Shown: piece by piece, positions 21,094 to 24,000 of the stretch
Layout: every line of letters starts with the position of its first letter
Numbering within the stretch: the stretch's first letter is position 1
Notes under the pieces: model-generated
What the model was told of the DNA's origin: nothing
Database searches by the model: none
The model's input: the letters and a program-made list of their open reading frames with translations, nothing else
Source of the DNA: Colibacter massiliensis
Lineage (GTDB): Bacteria; Bacillota; Negativicutes; Veillonellales; Megasphaeraceae
Direction: 5' to 3'
Length of the DNA: 24,000 bases
NCBI RefSeq assembly: GCF_900095855.1
Contig: NZ_FMIY01000002.1
Coordinates: 153,322-177,321 of the forward strand
Program-made: the position numbers and the translations under genes

Positions 21094-21933
21094 ATGACAC
21101 AAGAGGAACGCCTGGACAAGCTTATTGCGTATTTCATGAATGAAGAAGGGTATTTGCAGCACGGCCTGGAAGGGGAAGGGGAAAGTGAGGACGAAAAGAA
21201 GAATCGCCTGCGTGCTCTGATGAATGTGCGGCCGCCCCGCTTAGCCGACAAAGCCGTTTTGGCCATACAGGACGAATATTTACGGGAAGAAAACCGGAAA
21301 AAGGGCATTCTGTCGCCGGCGGATTTGCGCCCTGTTGCGGACGAGTTCGGCAGAAAAGAGGACTGGGCCCGGCAAGTTTACCTTTGGCAGGGTGATATTA
21401 CACGCCTTGCCGTAGGCGCTGTTGTCAATGCGGCCAATTCGCGTATGCTCGGCTGCTTCGTGCCGCTCCACAACTGCATTGACAATTGCATCCATTCGGC
21501 TGCGGGCGTGCAGCTGCGTGCGGAATGCGCCGAAAAAGCGGGTGAACTCTTCAGTCATAATGAATACAACTCGCCGACGGCCGTGCCCATGCTGACCAAG
21601 GGTTACAATTTACCGGCAAAGTACGTCATTCACGTAGTCGGCCCCATTGTGGGCGGTCATGTGCCGACGGAAGCGAGCCGCAAGGACTTGCAGGACTGTT
21701 ACGTGAATGTGCTCAATCTCTGCAAAAAAGAGAAGATCGGCAGTGTTGCTTTCTGCTGTATCTCAACGGGCGTCTTCGGGTATCCGTCGGAAGAAGCGGC
21801 GCACATTGCCGTACGCACCGTAACGGACTGGCTTGTCAAAGAACGGACGTCGCTGCAGGTTCTCTTCAACGTCTTTACGGATACGGACTGCCGCACGTAT
21901 ACGCATATCTTTGAAGGCAGGGCGAACCTTTAA
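21094..21933 (+). CDS. Macrodomain protein-ADP-ribose hydrolase (long N-terminal-extension type)
   Basis: SD GGAGGAGG lies 8 nt before ATG 21094. The N-terminal extension includes RLRALMNVRPPR..AIQDEYL. Macro core: LWQGDITRLAVGAVVNAANSRMLGCF..NCIDNCIHSAAG...VIHVVGP...SVAFCCISTGVFGYP. Confidence 0.85.
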   Translation: MTQEERLDKLIAYFMNEEGYLQHGLEGEGESEDEKKNRLRALMNVRPPRLADKAVLAIQDEYLREENRKKGILSPADLRPVADEFGRKEDWARQVYLWQGDITRLAVGAVVNAANSRMLGCFVPLHNCIDNCIHSAAGVQLRAECAEKAGELFSHNEYNSPTAVPMLTKGYNLPAKYVIHVVGPIVGGHVPTEASRKDLQDCYVNVLNLCKKEKIGSVAFCCISTGVFGYPSEEAAHIAVRTVTDWLVKERTSLQVLFNVFTDTDCRTYTHIFEGRANL

Positions 21934-21982
21934 GTGAGGTAAAATCAGGAAAATCTGCTTACATCAGCATTTTTTCATAAGA

Positions 21983-22011
21983 TTGACAGCCATTATCACC
22001 CGTGATACTCT
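21983..22011 (+). promoter_or_regulatory. Promoter TTGACA-17-(TGa)TACTCT for the metal-binding lipoprotein gene
   Basis: TTGACA at 21983-21988, a 17-nt spacer ending in TGA, and TACTCT at 22006-22011. Confidence 0.4.
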
Positions 22012-22022
22012 TGAAGAAAAAT

Positions 22023-22041
22023 AATGCGGATGATTCGCATT
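22023..22041. promoter_or_regulatory. Palindrome AATGCG-N7-CGCATT just downstream of the promoter (candidate metalloregulator operator)
   Basis: AATGCGGATGATTCGCATT lies between the -10 and the SD of a ZnuA/TroA-type gene. It does not match the Zur/AdcR consensus sequences I know. Confidence 0.2.
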
Positions 22042-22060
22042 TGCTAAAGGAGAGGGTAAT

Positions 22061-22975
22061 GTGAATAAATGGATGACGGGAGCACTCGGTGCCGTATTGG
22101 CAGTAACACTGCTGGCCGGCTGCGGTACGACGGGAAAGGATCAGGCTGCGGCTAAAGAAGAAAAGAAGCTCAAGGTCGTTGCCAGCTTTGACGCTATGGC
22201 GGAATTTGCCAAGGCTGTCGGCAAGGACAAGATCGACGTAGTGACGCTCATTCCGGCCGGTACGGAGCCGCACGGATTTGAGCCGTCGACAGAGGTCATG
22301 AAGGAGCTGACAAAGGCGGATGTCTTTATTTATAACGGTCTCGGCATGGAGCCGTGGCAGGAAAAGGCGACGGCTGCAGCTAAGAACGACAAGCTTGTCA
22401 AGGTGGAAGCGGCCAAGGACGTAGACGCCATTAAAAATACGGATCCTGAAGAAGTGGAAGAGCACGGTGAATTCGATCCCCATACGTGGCTCAGCCCGGC
22501 ATGCGCGGAAAAAGAAATCAACACCATCGCCGCCGCCCTGGCCCAAGCGGATCCGGACAACAAAGACTATTATATGAATAACGCCAAAGAATACACGGCA
22601 CAGCTCAAGCAATTGCAGAGCGACTACGCGGAAAAGTTTAAAAACGTGCATCGCCGCGATTTTGTGACGGGGCATGCCGCATTTGCTTATCTCTGCCGTG
22701 ACTTTGACCTGATGCAAAAAAGCGTGGAAGATGTCTTTGCCGAAGGCGAACCGAGTCCGAAGAAATTGGCCGAATTGACGGAATATTGCAGAGAAAACAA
22801 GATTACCACCATCTTCGCAGAAGAAATGGTAAGCCCTGCCGTATCGCGCGCCTTGGCCAATGAAGTGGGCGCCAAAGTGGAAATTATCGACACGATGGAA
22901 AGCAATAAAGACGGCGCCACCTATATGGACCGGATGAAAGACAACCTGGAAAAAATTTATGCAAGCATGATGTAG
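22061..22975 (+). CDS. Metal (Zn/Mn) ABC transporter substrate-binding lipoprotein, ZnuA/TroA cluster-9 family
   Basis: SD AAAGGAGAGGG precedes GTG 22061. Lipobox LLAGC. KVVASFDAMAEFAKAVG..IDVVTLIPAGTEPHGFEPS....L.KADVFIYNGLGMEPW and DPHTWLSP are family hallmarks. No permease or ATPase genes are adjacent. Confidence 0.85.
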   Translation: MNKWMTGALGAVLAVTLLAGCGTTGKDQAAAKEEKKLKVVASFDAMAEFAKAVGKDKIDVVTLIPAGTEPHGFEPSTEVMKELTKADVFIYNGLGMEPWQEKATAAAKNDKLVKVEAAKDVDAIKNTDPEEVEEHGEFDPHTWLSPACAEKEINTIAAALAQADPDNKDYYMNNAKEYTAQLKQLQSDYAEKFKNVHRRDFVTGHAAFAYLCRDFDLMQKSVEDVFAEGEPSPKKLAELTEYCRENKITTIFAEEMVSPAVSRALANEVGAKVEIIDTMESNKDGATYMDRMKDNLEKIYASMM

Positions 22976-23013
22976 TCGGAAAATCGCAACCTGATGAACA
23001 TGATCCCATCATG

Positions 23014-23069
23014 AAAGACGCCCTGAAGAGAGTGTTGATACCTCTTTGGGCGTCTTTTCGTTTTTTTTC
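23014..23069 (+). terminator. Rho-independent terminator
   Basis: AAAGACGCCC (23014-23023) / GGGCGTCTTT (23048-23057), with inner AAGAG/CTCTT pairing, followed by TCGTTTTTTTT. Confidence 0.8.
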
Positions 23070-23179
23070 TTTTATGATACAATAGCTGTTAGCAATTATG
23101 CTGATAACGGTAACTTTTCGGAAAGCACTTTCATGATAATTGAAATACGTGAGTATCACATTGCTGGGAGGCAAGGTAG

Positions 23180-24000
23180 TTGGAGAAACTGATTGTTCGC
23201 GGCGGTAAGCCGCTTAGCGGTACGGTTCGCGTAAGCGGCGCGAAGAATGCCGTATTGCCGATTATTGTGGCATCCATGTTGGCGCCGTCAAAGAGCACAT
23301 TGACGGAAATTCCCAAACTCGACGATGTTCATACGGTGTGCGATGTCATTCACTCCTTGGGTGTTACCATAGAAAATCCGTGTAAGGGAACCCTCGTGTT
23401 GGACGGCGGCAACCTCACTTCTTCCGTTGCGCCTTACGACCTGGTGCGCCGCATGCGCGCTTCTTTTTTAGTTATGGGGCCTTTATTGGCGCGCCTCGGC
23501 AGGGCGAAGATTTCCCTGCCCGGCGGCTGTTCCATCGGCGCCCGTCCTATTGATTTGCATTTAAAGGCCTTTGAAGCCATGGGCGCGGAAATCGATCTTA
23601 CCAACGGCGACATTGAAGCGAAGGCGCCGAACGGCTTGAAGGGCGCCCGCATCTATTTGGATTTCCCCAGTGTCGGCGCGACGGAAAACGTTCTTATGGC
23701 AGCGTCTCTGGCGGAAGGCCGCACGGTTTTGGAAAACGCGGCGGAAGAACCGGAAATCGTCGATTTGGCGACGTACTTGAACAGTATGGGCGCCAACATT
23801 CGCGGGGCCGGCACGAACACGGTACGCATTGAAGGCGTGGAAGAACTGCACGGTGCGGATCACTCCGTCATTCCCGACCGCATCGAAGCGGGGACCTTTA
23901 TGGTCGGCGCGGCTATGACGGAAGGCAACGTGTATGTGGAAAATGCACTGTCGGAGCATTTGAAACCGCTCATTGCCAAGCTCAAGGAAGCGGGTGCCAT
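23180..24000 (+). CDS. murA: UDP-N-acetylglucosamine 1-carboxyvinyltransferase, 5' part (runs off the right edge)
   Basis: TTG 23180 sits behind SD GGGAGG and immediately after an in-frame TAG. (M)[34 protein letters not shown]...[51 protein letters not shown]...[32 protein letters not shown] is unmistakably MurA. It is absent from the ORF track because no stop falls within the window. Confidence 0.92.
   Translation, partial: MEKLIVRGGKPLSGTVRVSGAKNAVLPIIVASMLAPSKSTLTEIPKLDDVHTVCDVIHSLGVTIENPCKGTLVLDGGNLTSSVAPYDLVRRMRASFLVMGPLLARLGRAKISLPGGCSIGARPIDLHLKAFEAMGAEIDLTNGDIEAKAPNGLKGARIYLDFPSVGATENVLMAASLAEGRTVLENAAEEPEIVDLATYLNSMGANIRGAGTNTVRIEGVEELHGADHSVIPDRIEAGTFMVGAAMTEGNVYVENALSEHLKPLIAKLKEAGA

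Noticed and set aside
21959-22717. A 252-aa minus-strand ORF (similar cases at 12152-12817, 15310-15825, 17368-18084 and 4684-5367)
   Set aside because: All are antisense to confidently identified plus-strand genes. They lack SD sequences and have low-complexity or Arg-rich translations typical of shadow frames.

Overview
The window looks like chromosomal DNA from a diderm Firmicute (Negativicutes-like). This is an inference from outer-membrane genes (a TonB-dependent receptor, a type Va autotransporter, an ArnT-like GT39 glycosyltransferase) sitting beside Firmicute-style genes (an EndA/NucA-type nuclease, a holin-like type I toxin, AGGAGG ribosome-binding sites). All family names come from motif recall; no searches were run. 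Left to right: (1) the 3' end of a malic-enzyme-like gene; (2) a 4.8 kb single reading frame at 458-5292 that encodes signal peptide + TonB-dependent receptor + a second barrel-like module, broken by a frameshift at a G6 tract and by two in-frame stops (TAA 1888, TAG 3955); (3) a GT39/ArnT-like membrane glycosyltransferase; (4) a histidine kinase and OmpR-type response regulator on the minus strand, divergent from a PepSY protein; (5) an AT-rich 1.6 kb accessory stretch (10.1-11.7 kb) with three same-orientation copies of a 99-nt hairpin repeat, and between the copies a candidate type I toxin-antitoxin locus, a candidate stand-alone sRNA, and a small nuclease-fold-like gene frameshifted at a T8 tract; (6) a tightly packed six-gene plus-strand operon (small secreted protein, phosphoribosyltransferase, WG-repeat protein, pentapeptide-repeat protein, DHFR-like small protein, lipoprotein DNA/RNA nuclease), followed by a separately promoted YbjN-like gene; (7) a 1098-aa autotransporter; (8) yefM-yoeB and a macrodomain ADP-ribose hydrolase; (9) a metal-ABC substrate-binding lipoprotein; (10) the 5' part of murA. 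The items most worth a second look are the disrupted receptor/double-barrel frame, the repeat-bounded accessory stretch with its toxin and sRNA candidates, and the nuclease operon. I found no recognisable complete defence system (no CRISPR, RT, integrase or transposase).
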